Below the pieces are notes generated by a model. That model made no database searches. It was not told the DNA's origin and was given only the letters and a program-made list of their open reading frames with translations. A DNA stretch of 64,000 bases from an uncultured Candidatus Entotheonella sp. (GTDB taxonomy: Bacteria; Tectomicrobia; Entotheonellia; Entotheonellales; Entotheonellaceae). The translations under genes and the position numbers were made by a program. The stretch spans positions 1,536,001 through 1,600,000 of the forward strand of contig OZ244252.1 of NCBI GenBank assembly GCA_965217185.1, read 5' to 3'. Below are positions 9,716 through 18,786 of the stretch, piece after piece. How positions within the stretch are numbered: the first letter of the stretch is position 1; each line of letters starts with the position of its first letter.

Positions 9716-10096
9716 GCCGTACCTGCAGAACTGACAGAACTCATCGCCCGCGCTCCCTGGCGAGAAGCGGTCACGTACCGCGATACTTGGCCGCACGAAT
9801 ACGTCCTCACCGAAAAAGACGACCAGCGGGAATTGCTGGCAGCCGTCTGCGCCCGGTTTCGCGCCGGTGAGGGCGTCGCCTGCCGCTTCTTCCACATGAG
9901 CAACACCTACCTGTTCATCGGCGATTACAAGTACTGGCTGATGACCGACTACAACAGCATCGATCCCTACAAGGACGAGGTCGACTACGTGCTGAACCGC
10001 GCCCGCCTCTACCGGGACCGCCGGGATTTCATCATCCAACCGGGCGATAGCGGCAAGCCCGAGGACTACCCTACAAACCCACCCTGCCAAACCTGA
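9716..10096 (+). CDS. Conserved-looking hypothetical protein; start codon non-canonical or lost
   Basis: Frame is open from 9716 (after TAG) and reads ELTELIARAPWREAVTYRDTWPHEY...YLFIGDYKYWLM...VLNRAR. No ATG/GTG/TTG before 9833; candidate starts are GTA 9719 or CTG 9731. Confidence 0.65.
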   Translation, partial: AVPAELTELIARAPWREAVTYRDTWPHEYVLTEKDDQRELLAAVCARFRAGEGVACRFFHMSNTYLFIGDYKYWLMTDYNSIDPYKDEVDYVLNRARLYRDRRDFIIQPGDSGKPEDYPTNPPCQT

Positions 10097-10118
10097 AACA
10101 GCGGAAGGAGGGGGCTCA

Positions 10119-11177
10119 ATGGCCGAAGATGTCACACTGCTGGCTTACTTGGTGCCGAAGCTGACCAGTCGGGGGGAGGATACGGCAACAGATGCCCTCG
10201 CGTTCATTCTGAACAAATCGGCAGCTTGTCGCGGTGCATTGGACCGCCTCCTGCGGGATGGTGACTTCAACCCGGAACCCATCGCCAGAGTCGAAACCCA
10301 GGTGACATACCAGGATGGGTCCCGTCCTGACATGGTGGGTTACGACCGAAGCGGCATTAAACGGCTGCTTGCAGAGGCAAAATTCTGGGCCAGTCTTGGG
10401 CAACGGCAAGCCAGCGGCTATTTCGGACAACTGGAGACGACCGGGCCGGGAGTGCTGTTGTTTATTGCCCCTGACAGCAGGATCGATACCCTGTGGGCTG
10501 AGATCATACGTCAAATGGAGAGTGGCGAGGAAAGCGTACAACTGGAGCTTGTCGAAACGACTGACCGGATCCGGAGAGCCAGGACAGTTGGTTCGGACAA
10601 GCGTGTGATGCTGGTTAGCTGGGATCAGTTATTGGGCAGCATGGCTGTTGCCGTTGCCGACGATACCCGGGTTGCGTCGGACGTTCAGCAACTTCGCGGT
10701 CTTGCCAGATACCAGGATGAGGAAGCTTTCCAGCCAATACACCCGGAGGAATTCGGGCCTGCACTGCCGCGCAGAATCCAAGGTCTGAATCGCCTGATTG
10801 ACGACGTGCGTAGCCGGGGGGTTGGGGACGGTTGGATGAATACCGAGGGTCTTGCAGCGGCTCCGCAGCAGCAAGGTTACGGGCGGTACTTCAGATTTAG
10901 GCAGGTTTCTTCCGGGCAAATTATTCCCGGCGACTTATTCTTGTGTGTTCACTACAGGCGATGGGCAGAAAACGGAGACACCCCTCTGTGGCTTTGGATC
11001 AGCAGAGGATTTCCGTTAAATGCTGGAAGAATTCGCGACAGGACGCCTTCGCTAGTTGAAAACGAAGGATCGGGCGCTTACAACGTGCCGATTTATTTGA
11101 AAACCGGCGTCGAATACGAAGGGGTACTGGAGGATGTCGTCCGCCAATTGAAAGCCATCGCAGACATGATCGATTAG
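10119..11177 (+). CDS. Hypothetical protein with PD-(D/E)XK nuclease-like N-terminal domain
   Basis: E..T..L, then RPDMVG...AEAKF catalytic-like motif; strong GGAGG Shine-Dalgarno; visibly lower GC than flanking genes. Confidence 0.7.
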   Translation: MAEDVTLLAYLVPKLTSRGEDTATDALAFILNKSAACRGALDRLLRDGDFNPEPIARVETQVTYQDGSRPDMVGYDRSGIKRLLAEAKFWASLGQRQASGYFGQLETTGPGVLLFIAPDSRIDTLWAEIIRQMESGEESVQLELVETTDRIRRARTVGSDKRVMLVSWDQLLGSMAVAVADDTRVASDVQQLRGLARYQDEEAFQPIHPEEFGPALPRRIQGLNRLIDDVRSRGVGDGWMNTEGLAAAPQQQGYGRYFRFRQVSSGQIIPGDLFLCVHYRRWAENGDTPLWLWISRGFPLNAGRIRDRTPSLVENEGSGAYNVPIYLKTGVEYEGVLEDVVRQLKAIADMID

Positions 11178-11311
11178 CCCTGATCTGTCCTCTTTAGCAT
11201 CCTGCAAAACGTTCTACCTGCGAGGAGGCCGTCCATTGAAGTTCCAAATCCTCCCCCGCATATGCTCGACCAAAATGTAGCAACTGCGCTCGCACCGTAC
11301 CCCGCATTTCC

Positions 11312-11998
11312 TCACCCACCGCGCCGCCGCAACTCCCGAATCTCCGCTTCCAGGGCCTGCCGCGCCGCTTGTTCCTCCCGCAGGCGGGCTTCGGCTTCCC
11401 GGAGGCTCCGCAGGGGCTCCCCGCGTACCGGGTCAAAAAAACGCAGCGCCTCCCGCACCGGCGCCCCCGGCGTCAGTCGCAGGTCCAGACCCAATACCTC
11501 GCTGCGCGCTGTCAGCGTGCCGCCTTCCATGCCTGCAACGGGAATCGGCGCATAGCGGCCCTCGACAAGCCGGGAACCCGACAATTGCGGATTGAGGCAG
11601 CCGCCCGCCGGGTCGCACTGCCAGTACTCCAAAACCCCCATGCCCGCATAGATGTCGCGTTTCTCGCCCCGGTCGATCCGGTACGTGCTCTCGGAGGCGA
11701 TCTCCAGAACGAAGTCCGGCCCTTTCGGCTCCTCCCACAGCCGGTAGGACGAACGAATGTGCTTCGGCGCCCCCAGCACCACCATGAGGTCCGGCGACAC
11801 CGATTTGCCGGGGTCGCCTTCCTGGTAATACAGCAGCAGGTTGCCGACGACGTACACGTCATCGCGTGCCTGGAAGTACCAATCCAGGGCGGCGCCGACG
11901 TAGAGGATCGGCCAGAACTGCGATTCGCTTTCAGCCATAGGCAGCCCATCCGAGTCCGGGTAATCGATGGCTTCGGTAACGACGGTGCCACGCGCCAT
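11312..11998 (-). CDS. Uma2 family endonuclease
   Basis: YPDSDGLPMAE, SPDLMV, PDFVLEIAS, YAGMGVLEYW; coiled-coil tail. Confidence 0.92.
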   Translation of the reverse strand: MARGTVVTEAIDYPDSDGLPMAESESQFWPILYVGAALDWYFQARDDVYVVGNLLLYYQEGDPGKSVSPDLMVVLGAPKHIRSSYRLWEEPKGPDFVLEIASESTYRIDRGEKRDIYAGMGVLEYWQCDPAGGCLNPQLSGSRLVEGRYAPIPVAGMEGGTLTARSEVLGLDLRLTPGAPVREALRFFDPVRGEPLRSLREAEARLREEQAARQALEAEIRELRRRGG

Positions 11999-12110
11999 GA
12001 GATCGTCCTTTCCTATTGGCGTTCACCCTCCTCGTGTCGCCGAGGTCGTTCAAGCCGGGATTCTCCTTGCATTGAAAACCACATGTCGGGAACCCCTCAC
12101 GCATTCAGCA

Positions 12111-12503
12111 TTAGCCTTCGCCGCGCACGTCCTTGAACACCTTGCTCGCCGTCAGCAGCGATTCGCGGACCAGCGGCAGGCCGACGTAACCGGACATGTG
12201 GATCAGCACCTCCACCAGTTCGTCCTCGCTCCAGCCCTGCCGCAGCGCCATGCGCAGGTGCAGCGCCAATTCCGGGTCGCGTCCGGTGGCGACGTCGGAC
12301 ACCACGCATACCAGGGCGCGCGTCTTCAGGTCCAGCCCGGGGCGGGTCCACAGGGCGCCGAAAACGGTCTCGGCGGCGAGGTCGCGGAATTTCTGCATGA
12401 TCGGGTCGCTGTAAGTGGTGCTGTTCATGCTGGCGGCAAACGCCTCGCCCATCAACTCGCTGCGCAGCGCAATACCCTTCCGGTACAGGTCACTCTCGGC
12501 CAT
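12111..12503 (-). CDS. Carboxymuconolactone decarboxylase family protein
   Basis: FGALWTRPGLDLKTR; HLRMALRQG; YVGLP. Confidence 0.9.
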   Translation of the reverse strand: MAESDLYRKGIALRSELMGEAFAASMNSTTYSDPIMQKFRDLAAETVFGALWTRPGLDLKTRALVCVVSDVATGRDPELALHLRMALRQGWSEDELVEVLIHMSGYVGLPLVRESLLTASKVFKDVRGEG

Positions 12504-12614
12504 GGTGCCTCTCCTTTGTCAAACCGACTGTTCAGGGTCGTGCGGCCATTCCCTCCCCTGCTTCGGCGAGGGCGCCGCAAGTGGCGCGTAGGATAGCACA
12601 GCGGCCCCCGGCGG

Positions 12615-12643
12615 TTGACCCACCGCCGCTTCTCCTCTATCTT
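12615..12643 (+). promoter_or_regulatory. Sigma70-like promoter for the LLM gene
   Basis: TTGACC-N17-TATCTT. A divergent extended -10 (TGcTATCCT) lies at 12590-12598 on the minus strand. Confidence 0.55.
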
Positions 12644-12745
12644 GACGGCGTTTCGCCCCCCGACACCCTGCACGGCCTCCGGGACCCGCCGCTTCGCCCG
12701 CGCTGGCACCGTGACGACCCAACCACCGCAAGGAGAAGGCAAGGC

Positions 12746-13612
12746 ATGAAATACGGCGTGGTATTTCCGCAAACGGAGTACGGCAACGACCCGCAAGCCA
12801 TCAAGGATTACGCCCAGACCGCCGAGGGGCTGGGTTATGACTATCTACTCGTCTACGACCACGTGCTCGGCGCCCACCCGGAGCGCCAGCCCCGGCTCAC
12901 GGGTCCTTACACCGACGCCCATCCCTTCCACGAGCCCATGGTGCTGTTCGGCTTTCTCGCCGCGGTGACCGCGAAGCTGGAGCTCGTCACCGGCATTCTT
13001 ATCCTGCCGCAGCGCCAGACCGCGCTGGTAGCCAAGCAGACGGCGGCAGTCGACGTGCTGAGCGGCGGACGGCTGCGGCTTGGCATCGGCATCGGCTGGA
13101 ATTACGTCGAATACGACGCGCTCGGCAAGAACTTCCGCACCCGCGGCAGGCAGGTGGAAGAGCAGATCGACGTGCTGCGCAAGCTGTGGACACAGCCCCT
13201 GGTGACGCACCAGACGGACGACCACAACATCGCCAACGCCGGCATCCTCCCCCTGCCCGTCCAACGGCCCATCCCCATCTGGTTCGGCGGCGTTGCCGAG
13301 CCGGTTCTGAAACGCGCCGCCCGCCTCGGCGACGGCTGGATGCCCGCCGGGCGCCTGCCGGATGACGAAATGCGCGGACACGTTGAGCGCCTGAACGGTT
13401 ACCTGAGTGACGCCGGGCGCGACCCGCAGGGCTTCGGCATCGATCCCTGGATCAGCATCCTGGACCTCAGCCAGGAAGTGTGGCGCCAGCGCGTTGAGGC
13501 ATGGCGGGGACTCGGCGCCACCCACGTGGCCATCGACACCATGCGCGCCGGCTTCAAAACGCCGCAGGAACACATGGACGCTATTCGCGCCTTCCGCGAC
13601 GTGCTCGACTAG
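12746..13612 (+). CDS. LLM class F420-dependent oxidoreductase
   Basis: YDHV, LILPQRQTALVAKQ, SGGRLRLGIGIGWN, PIWFGG; AGGAG Shine-Dalgarno before ATG at 12746. Confidence 0.9.
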   Translation: MKYGVVFPQTEYGNDPQAIKDYAQTAEGLGYDYLLVYDHVLGAHPERQPRLTGPYTDAHPFHEPMVLFGFLAAVTAKLELVTGILILPQRQTALVAKQTAAVDVLSGGRLRLGIGIGWNYVEYDALGKNFRTRGRQVEEQIDVLRKLWTQPLVTHQTDDHNIANAGILPLPVQRPIPIWFGGVAEPVLKRAARLGDGWMPAGRLPDDEMRGHVERLNGYLSDAGRDPQGFGIDPWISILDLSQEVWRQRVEAWRGLGATHVAIDTMRAGFKTPQEHMDAIRAFRDVLD

Positions 13613-13661
13613 CCGCCACGCCGCGGGCGGGCGGCGCCACCGTTTACAGGGAGCTTTCGCC

Positions 13662-14165
13662 ATGACGCGCAGAAACATCATCGCCGTCGTTCTCGTCGTG
13701 ATCTCGCTCGTGGTCGTCGTGCCGGGCCTCATCCAGCCGATCATCACCCTCAGCGCCGACATGATGGGCCGCCAGGTGTTCACGCAAACCCGCAGCATCC
13801 TGCAGACCGTTAAGGACCTGCACGAATCCGGCAACGATCTGGTCGCCGGGATGATTCTCTTTTTCAGCGTGCTGGTGCCCTTTATCAAAGCGGTGCTGCT
13901 GGGGGTGATGGGGCTGCTCAAGCCGACCGTGGCGCTGCGCTACCGCATCTTTGCCTTCGTGCGCGGCATCAGCAAGTGGGCCATGGCCGACGTGTTCGTG
14001 GTCGGCGTCTACATCGCCTATCTGTCGGCCAAGGCCACCGACGCGCTCGACGCCGAGTTGCACGAGGGTTTTTACTACTTCACCGCCTACTGCCTGATCT
14101 CGCTGATTTCCGTGCAAGTCATGCACGTCGAGCCATCACAGGGGCCGCAGACCGGCGACGCCTGA
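13662..14165 (+). CDS. Paraquat-inducible protein A family membrane protein (single domain)
   Basis: FSVLVPFIK and KWAMADVFVV motifs of the PqiA domain; GGAG Shine-Dalgarno. Confidence 0.85.
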   Translation: MTRRNIIAVVLVVISLVVVVPGLIQPIITLSADMMGRQVFTQTRSILQTVKDLHESGNDLVAGMILFFSVLVPFIKAVLLGVMGLLKPTVALRYRIFAFVRGISKWAMADVFVVGVYIAYLSAKATDALDAELHEGFYYFTAYCLISLISVQVMHVEPSQGPQTGDA

Positions 14166-14197
14166 CCTTTTCCTGATTGAATTGAGAGGAGAATTTC

Positions 14198-14728
14198 GTG
14201 TCTTCAGCAGACGGAATACTGGCCGCCCTGGAGTGGAACTGGCGCATGGTGGATGCCACCCTGGCGGATCTCGATGACGCGGCGCTGGCGCGCCAGCCGC
14301 AGCCGCAATGCAACTCCATCGCCTGGACCCTGTGGCACATGAACCGGGTGGTCGATTCGTTCGTCCATGAGCGGGTTGGCTCCGAGACGCCGCTGTGGCT
14401 GCGCGACGGCTGGTGCGAGAAGTACGGCATGAGCGCCGAGCCGGAGGAACGCGGCGCCGGCTGGAGCGCCGACAAGGTTGCCGCCTGGGTGCCGCCGGGC
14501 AGAGACGTCCAGGTGGGATATTACGAGGCGGCGAAGGAAGCGGCGCATGCCCGCATTTCCGGGCTCAGCGAGGCCGAGCTGGCAGTCCGCCGCGTCATCC
14601 CGCCGATGCCCGAACCGCGCAGCGTCGCCCAGGCCCTGGGCCAGATGACGTGGGACAACATTTCCCACGGCGGGCAGATTTCGTACATCCGCGGCTTGTT
14701 TGACGGCATGGGCTGGTATCCGCGGTAA
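14198..14728 (+). CDS. DinB superfamily protein (thiol S-transferase-like)
   Basis: NSIAWTLWH ... DNISHGGQISYIRG. Confidence 0.85.
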   Translation: MSSADGILAALEWNWRMVDATLADLDDAALARQPQPQCNSIAWTLWHMNRVVDSFVHERVGSETPLWLRDGWCEKYGMSAEPEERGAGWSADKVAAWVPPGRDVQVGYYEAAKEAAHARISGLSEAELAVRRVIPPMPEPRSVAQALGQMTWDNISHGGQISYIRGLFDGMGWYPR

Positions 14729-14787
14729 GGCCGAACGACCGTAACGTGCGCCGGGTGCCGGCGCCGCACGAAGAAAGGACATCCGCG

Positions 14788-16386
14788 TTGAAACAAATTC
14801 GCAGCCAATGGCACGTTGTTCTCACCGTTACCCTGCTCGTCTGCTTCTGGCTTTCTGGAGCCGCGGCTGATAGGCCCAAACCGGGCGGCACGCTTAAATT
14901 CATCCCGCACGCCGACCTGAAGATCATCGACCCTATCTGGACCACCGCCTACATCTCCCGGAACCACGGCTACATGATCTACGACGTGCTGTTCGCCCTG
15001 GACGAGAACCTGAACATCCGCCCGCAGATGGTGGACACCTGGCAGGTGAGCGACGACGCTCTGCAGTACACCTTCACGCTGCGTGACGGCCTCCTGTGGC
15101 ACGACGGCCAGCCGGTCACGTCCGAAGACGTCGTCGCCTCGCTGCAACGCTGGGGCCGGAAAGATGGGCAGGGGCAACTGCTTATGGCGTTTACCGACAG
15201 CCTCGAAGCGCTCGATGCCAAGACCTTCCGCCTGACGCTGAAGGAGCCCTTCGGCCTGGTCCTTGAAGCCCTCGCGAAGCCGAGCAGCAACGTACCGTTC
15301 ATCATGCCGGCGCGGGTTGCCGCCACGCCGCCGGACGAGCAGATTAAGGACACTACCGGCTCCGGCCCGTTCATCTTTGTGAAGGACGAATGGCGCCCTG
15401 GACACAAAGTGGTGTACCACCGCAACGATGCCTACGTACCCCGCGAGGAGGCGCCGAGCTTTGCAGCCGGCGGCAAGCGAGTGTACGTCGAACGCGTCGA
15501 GTGGCTGTATCTCCCCGACCCTGCCACCGCCAGCGCCGCCCTGCAACAGGGCGAGGTGGATTACTGGGAGTTCGCGCCGCCCGACTTTGTGCCCTTGTTG
15601 GAAGGGACGCCCGGTATCCGCGTAGAAGTGGCCGATTTGTTCGGCGCCCAAGCTTGGCTGCGACCGAATCATCTGCATCCGCCGTTCGACAACAAGAAGG
15701 CGCGCCAGGCGCTAATGTGGATGGTCGATCAGGAGGCCTACATGCGTGCCGCTTACGGCGTCGAGCGTTTCTGGAAGACCTGCCCGGCATTTTTCATGTG
15801 CGACGGGCCGTACGGCTCCGACGCCGGTTCGAATCCGCTGATGCAACAGGACTTCGACAAGGCCAAGCAGTTGTTGCAGGAGGCGGGATACGACGGCCGC
15901 CCGGTGGTGTTGATGGACGCCACCGACATCGCGACGAACCACTACGCTGCGCTGGTGACCGCACATTTGCTGAAGAAGATCGGCCTCAACGTGGAATTGC
16001 AAGCCATGGATTGGAGCACCGTGGTGGCGCGGCGGGCCGACAAGAAGCCGGTGCAGGAAGGCGGCTGGAACCTCTTTCACACCGGCTGGATTTTCGGCGA
16101 CCTGTTCACGCCAGCGGTTAACCAGGGCGTGCGCGGCGGTTGCGACGATGCCTGGTTCGGCTGGTATTGCAGCCCCAGCATGGAGGAGTTGCGCGCCGCT
16201 TGGGCAACAACCACGGACGAGGCCGAGCGGCAGTCCCTGAGTGTCGACATCCAACGGCTCGCCATGGATGAAGTTCCCTATGTGCCCCTCGGCGAAAACG
16301 TCACCTATCGGGCGTACCGCGAGCACGTCAAGGGCGTGCTGAAATTCCCCGCGCCGATTCTGTGGAACGTCTGGATGGATAGGTGA
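14788..16386 (+). CDS. Peptide/opine ABC substrate-binding protein (family 5), orphan
   Basis: Signal peptide; FTLRDGLLWHDGQPVTSEDV; GSGPF. TTG start with AAGGA Shine-Dalgarno. Confidence 0.9.
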   Translation: MKQIRSQWHVVLTVTLLVCFWLSGAAADRPKPGGTLKFIPHADLKIIDPIWTTAYISRNHGYMIYDVLFALDENLNIRPQMVDTWQVSDDALQYTFTLRDGLLWHDGQPVTSEDVVASLQRWGRKDGQGQLLMAFTDSLEALDAKTFRLTLKEPFGLVLEALAKPSSNVPFIMPARVAATPPDEQIKDTTGSGPFIFVKDEWRPGHKVVYHRNDAYVPREEAPSFAAGGKRVYVERVEWLYLPDPATASAALQQGEVDYWEFAPPDFVPLLEGTPGIRVEVADLFGAQAWLRPNHLHPPFDNKKARQALMWMVDQEAYMRAAYGVERFWKTCPAFFMCDGPYGSDAGSNPLMQQDFDKAKQLLQEAGYDGRPVVLMDATDIATNHYAALVTAHLLKKIGLNVELQAMDWSTVVARRADKKPVQEGGWNLFHTGWIFGDLFTPAVNQGVRGGCDDAWFGWYCSPSMEELRAAWATTTDEAERQSLSVDIQRLAMDEVPYVPLGENVTYRAYREHVKGVLKFPAPILWNVWMDR

Positions 16387-16388
16387 GG

Positions 16389-17513
16389 CTAATCGACGTA
16401 CAGCACGGCGCCGACGCCGGCATGGTCCGATGGCCAAAGGAGAGTGCCGTCATTCCTGGTTACGCGGTCGGAGGGCCGGTCGCCCACTATGAAGGCGTCG
16501 TCCGCATCGGTGTCAATGAAGGTGGCGCCAGAGTCTAATGCGTTCCGCACGAAGACGAAGTCGATGCGTTTGGACAAACTCCCCTCTCCTGTCAGATCAG
16601 GGTCCTGGCAGCACGTGAACCCGGTGCCGGGTGCGCCCTTCCACATGTCTACAAAGCCTGCCCCCGTCACTGTCAAGTACGTATCGTGATCGTCTATGCC
16701 CGCCTCGATATCGGGCGCCGAGTTGAAATCGCCCAACAGAATGGTGGGAGCATCGCCTGCCACAAGATAAGCCATCAGTTCCGCGGCTTGGGCATTTCTG
16801 ATCTGAGGCACGGCCGCCTCCAGGTGGGTGTTGACCACCCGGTAGGTACGGCCCGCTACGGATGCCTCTACCGTGACATAACCCCGCTTTACCTCAAGCG
16901 GCGCTATCGGCGGTTGCAAAAAAACGGAATAGTTCCAGGCATCGTGGTTCGACACGTCGACGTCGTCCCGAACCAGCAGCACGTCGAAAAGCGTCAACCG
17001 ACCATCCTTGAAAAAACTGCCCCCGTCGTCCATAGGCAATTCGACGTCTGCGTTTTGTATCTCGTAGTCAAATGAATAATTGAGGCCCTGGCTCGCCAGT
17101 TCCGCTTTCAACACCTCCCGAAAATCCAACACGATTGTGGTCGCGTTAGGAGGTCCTCCCGGAAAAAAGTCGGGTTCGCCCGTGCGAATCAAGGCCATCT
17201 CCTGCAGCCCGACGAAGTGGGGCTCATCGGTAGCGATGGCGTCGGCAATCGCCTCTGCACGCAGTGAAAATTTGGCCTTATTCACAACCTGATCGTATAT
17301 CGCATGGGCGGCTCGCGCGATTTGGTCAGGGGGCAAAACCCCCAATTGTCCGAAAACCGCCTCCAAATTGCCTCCCACGTAGACGTTGTACGTCATGACC
17401 GTCAAGGTGTCCTCTTCACCCAAGGTGTCCTCTTCACCATCTGATCCGCACCCGACCAGCAGCGAAACAAACAACAGACAAAGCAGCAAAAAGATTCGCA
17501 ACCTCAACCTCAT
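16389..17513 (-). CDS. Endonuclease/exonuclease/phosphatase (EEP) family lipoprotein
   Basis: Lipobox LVGC; TYNV, GLQE, NTHL, GDFNS, RIDF and PSDH catalytic motifs. Confidence 0.9.
   Translation of the reverse strand: MRLRLRIFLLLCLLFVSLLVGCGSDGEEDTLGEEDTLTVMTYNVYVGGNLEAVFGQLGVLPPDQIARAAHAIYDQVVNKAKFSLRAEAIADAIATDEPHFVGLQEMALIRTGEPDFFPGGPPNATTIVLDFREVLKAELASQGLNYSFDYEIQNADVELPMDDGGSFFKDGRLTLFDVLLVRDDVDVSNHDAWNYSVFLQPPIAPLEVKRGYVTVEASVAGRTYRVVNTHLEAAVPQIRNAQAAELMAYLVAGDAPTILLGDFNSAPDIEAGIDDHDTYLTVTGAGFVDMWKGAPGTGFTCCQDPDLTGEGSLSKRIDFVFVRNALDSGATFIDTDADDAFIVGDRPSDRVTRNDGTLLWPSDHAGVGAVLYVD
17403..17438. repeat. Perfect 18-bp tandem duplication (GEEDTL x2)
   Basis: caaggtgtcctcttcacc occurs twice in tandem, just after the lipobox. 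Confidence 0.95.
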
Positions 17514-17658
17514 CCTTTGACCTCCAATCATCCCATGACTTGTGTAACAGCCAGCAATACGCCTTGGATGCTAGCATGAGCCCTATAGGGACACAATTGA
17601 CACAGACCTTCCGCCTGATTGTTCGCACCCGCACAACAAATGCCGAGGATATAACAGG

Positions 17659-17682
17659 GAGCGGAGTCCGAGCGACCCGCTC
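17659..17682 (-). terminator. Possible hairpin terminator after ligE
   Basis: GAGCGG/CCGCTC stem with inner GTC/GAC; weak U-rich tail on the minus strand. Confidence 0.35.
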
Positions 17683-17700
17683 TACCAACCCCAAGAGCTT

Positions 17701-18570
17701 CTACTTATCCCCCAGCGGTTCATCGCCGCGGACGCGCCAAAATACCGCAAATCGCGGCTTGCCCGAAGCCGTGAACCCCTGATGCCTGAAGGTGATAGTG
17801 GTGCCAATGGGCGGCGGGTTCTTCCGTTCCTCATCAGAAAACCCACTGCCAATCTTCACGGTGATGCCTTGTTCCGTCCGCACCGTAACACTTCCCATCA
17901 AGCCAGCGAGCCTTCCCTTGCCGGGATTGTGAGCAATCACGATTCCCTCCGCGTCGTCGAAACGTTTGAGTTTCAACAGGTCCATGCTGCGCCCGCCATG
18001 GTAGCGGGAATCGCCACGATGCAGCATCAACCCCTCGCCGCCGTTGGCGACGACGGCGTCCAGTGTTTCCATCAACGCCTTGTGGTCCGGCATTTTGTAC
18101 TGCGGAACAATGGCAAGAAATTTGTTCGGCGACGTAGCTACGGCGGCACGTAAGTTTTGCAGCCGCACGTCAAACGTGCCGGGGTCCTCGGGCAGATCAA
18201 AGACCATGTAGCGTACCCATCGCCAGCCGTCGTGCGGCGTGTGGCGGGATACGATGGAAGCGGTCTCTTCAAACTGCCCGCGCCCGACCCATAGTTCGCC
18301 ATCCAGTGGGATCGGCGGGAAATCAGCGGTGAACCAGGACGGTGCCGCGAAGGCATTACCACCGCGGGAAATCAACTGGGTGCCGTCCCAAAACGCCCGC
18401 ACGCCGTCCAATTTCTCGCTCACCCAATAAGCAGTCAGATCGATGTCCTCGTGGTATTTTTCAGCGAGAAGAAGCGCCGGCTTGTCTTCGGCGGCAACCG
18501 TCGCCAGAAGAGACACCACAATCAGGGACACAACGAGCGTAATCGACGGCCTGAACAAAACGCGCCTCAT
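17701..18570 (-). CDS. ligE: Minimal ATP-dependent DNA ligase with signal peptide (LigE type)
   Basis: Motif I SEKLDGVR, LDGELW, FDLP, GEGLML, LKLK; OB domain; N-terminal hydrophobic signal. GGAGG Shine-Dalgarno before ATG at 18570. Confidence 0.9.
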   Translation of the reverse strand: MRRVLFRPSITLVVSLIVVSLLATVAAEDKPALLLAEKYHEDIDLTAYWVSEKLDGVRAFWDGTQLISRGGNAFAAPSWFTADFPPIPLDGELWVGRGQFEETASIVSRHTPHDGWRWVRYMVFDLPEDPGTFDVRLQNLRAAVATSPNKFLAIVPQYKMPDHKALMETLDAVVANGGEGLMLHRGDSRYHGGRSMDLLKLKRFDDAEGIVIAHNPGKGRLAGLMGSVTVRTEQGITVKIGSGFSDEERKNPPPIGTTITFRHQGFTASGKPRFAVFWRVRGDEPLGDK

Positions 18571-18786
18571 AATTTCAATTCCCTCCAGAAAGTCAGCCGC
18601 CGCATGAAGATTCAAACCGTTTGATTGTAACGGGGGGCGGGGTGGTTGGGACAGCCGGATAATGGCACCGTGCCAGTAAGTGTACCCGCAAGGCGGCACG
18701 TGTGAAAATGCCCGGGCCCTCCGGTATGATGGCGACCATCTCACAGTCAACCACAGTCATGGAAGAAGAAATAGAGGAGACGAGGC

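Noticed and set aside
12581..12745. N-terminal extensions given by the ORF track (also 13407, 18750, 42083, 43237, 45786, 48871, 56998)
   Set aside because: Downstream starts have Shine-Dalgarno sites or match family N-termini; the extensions overlap promoters or neighbouring genes.
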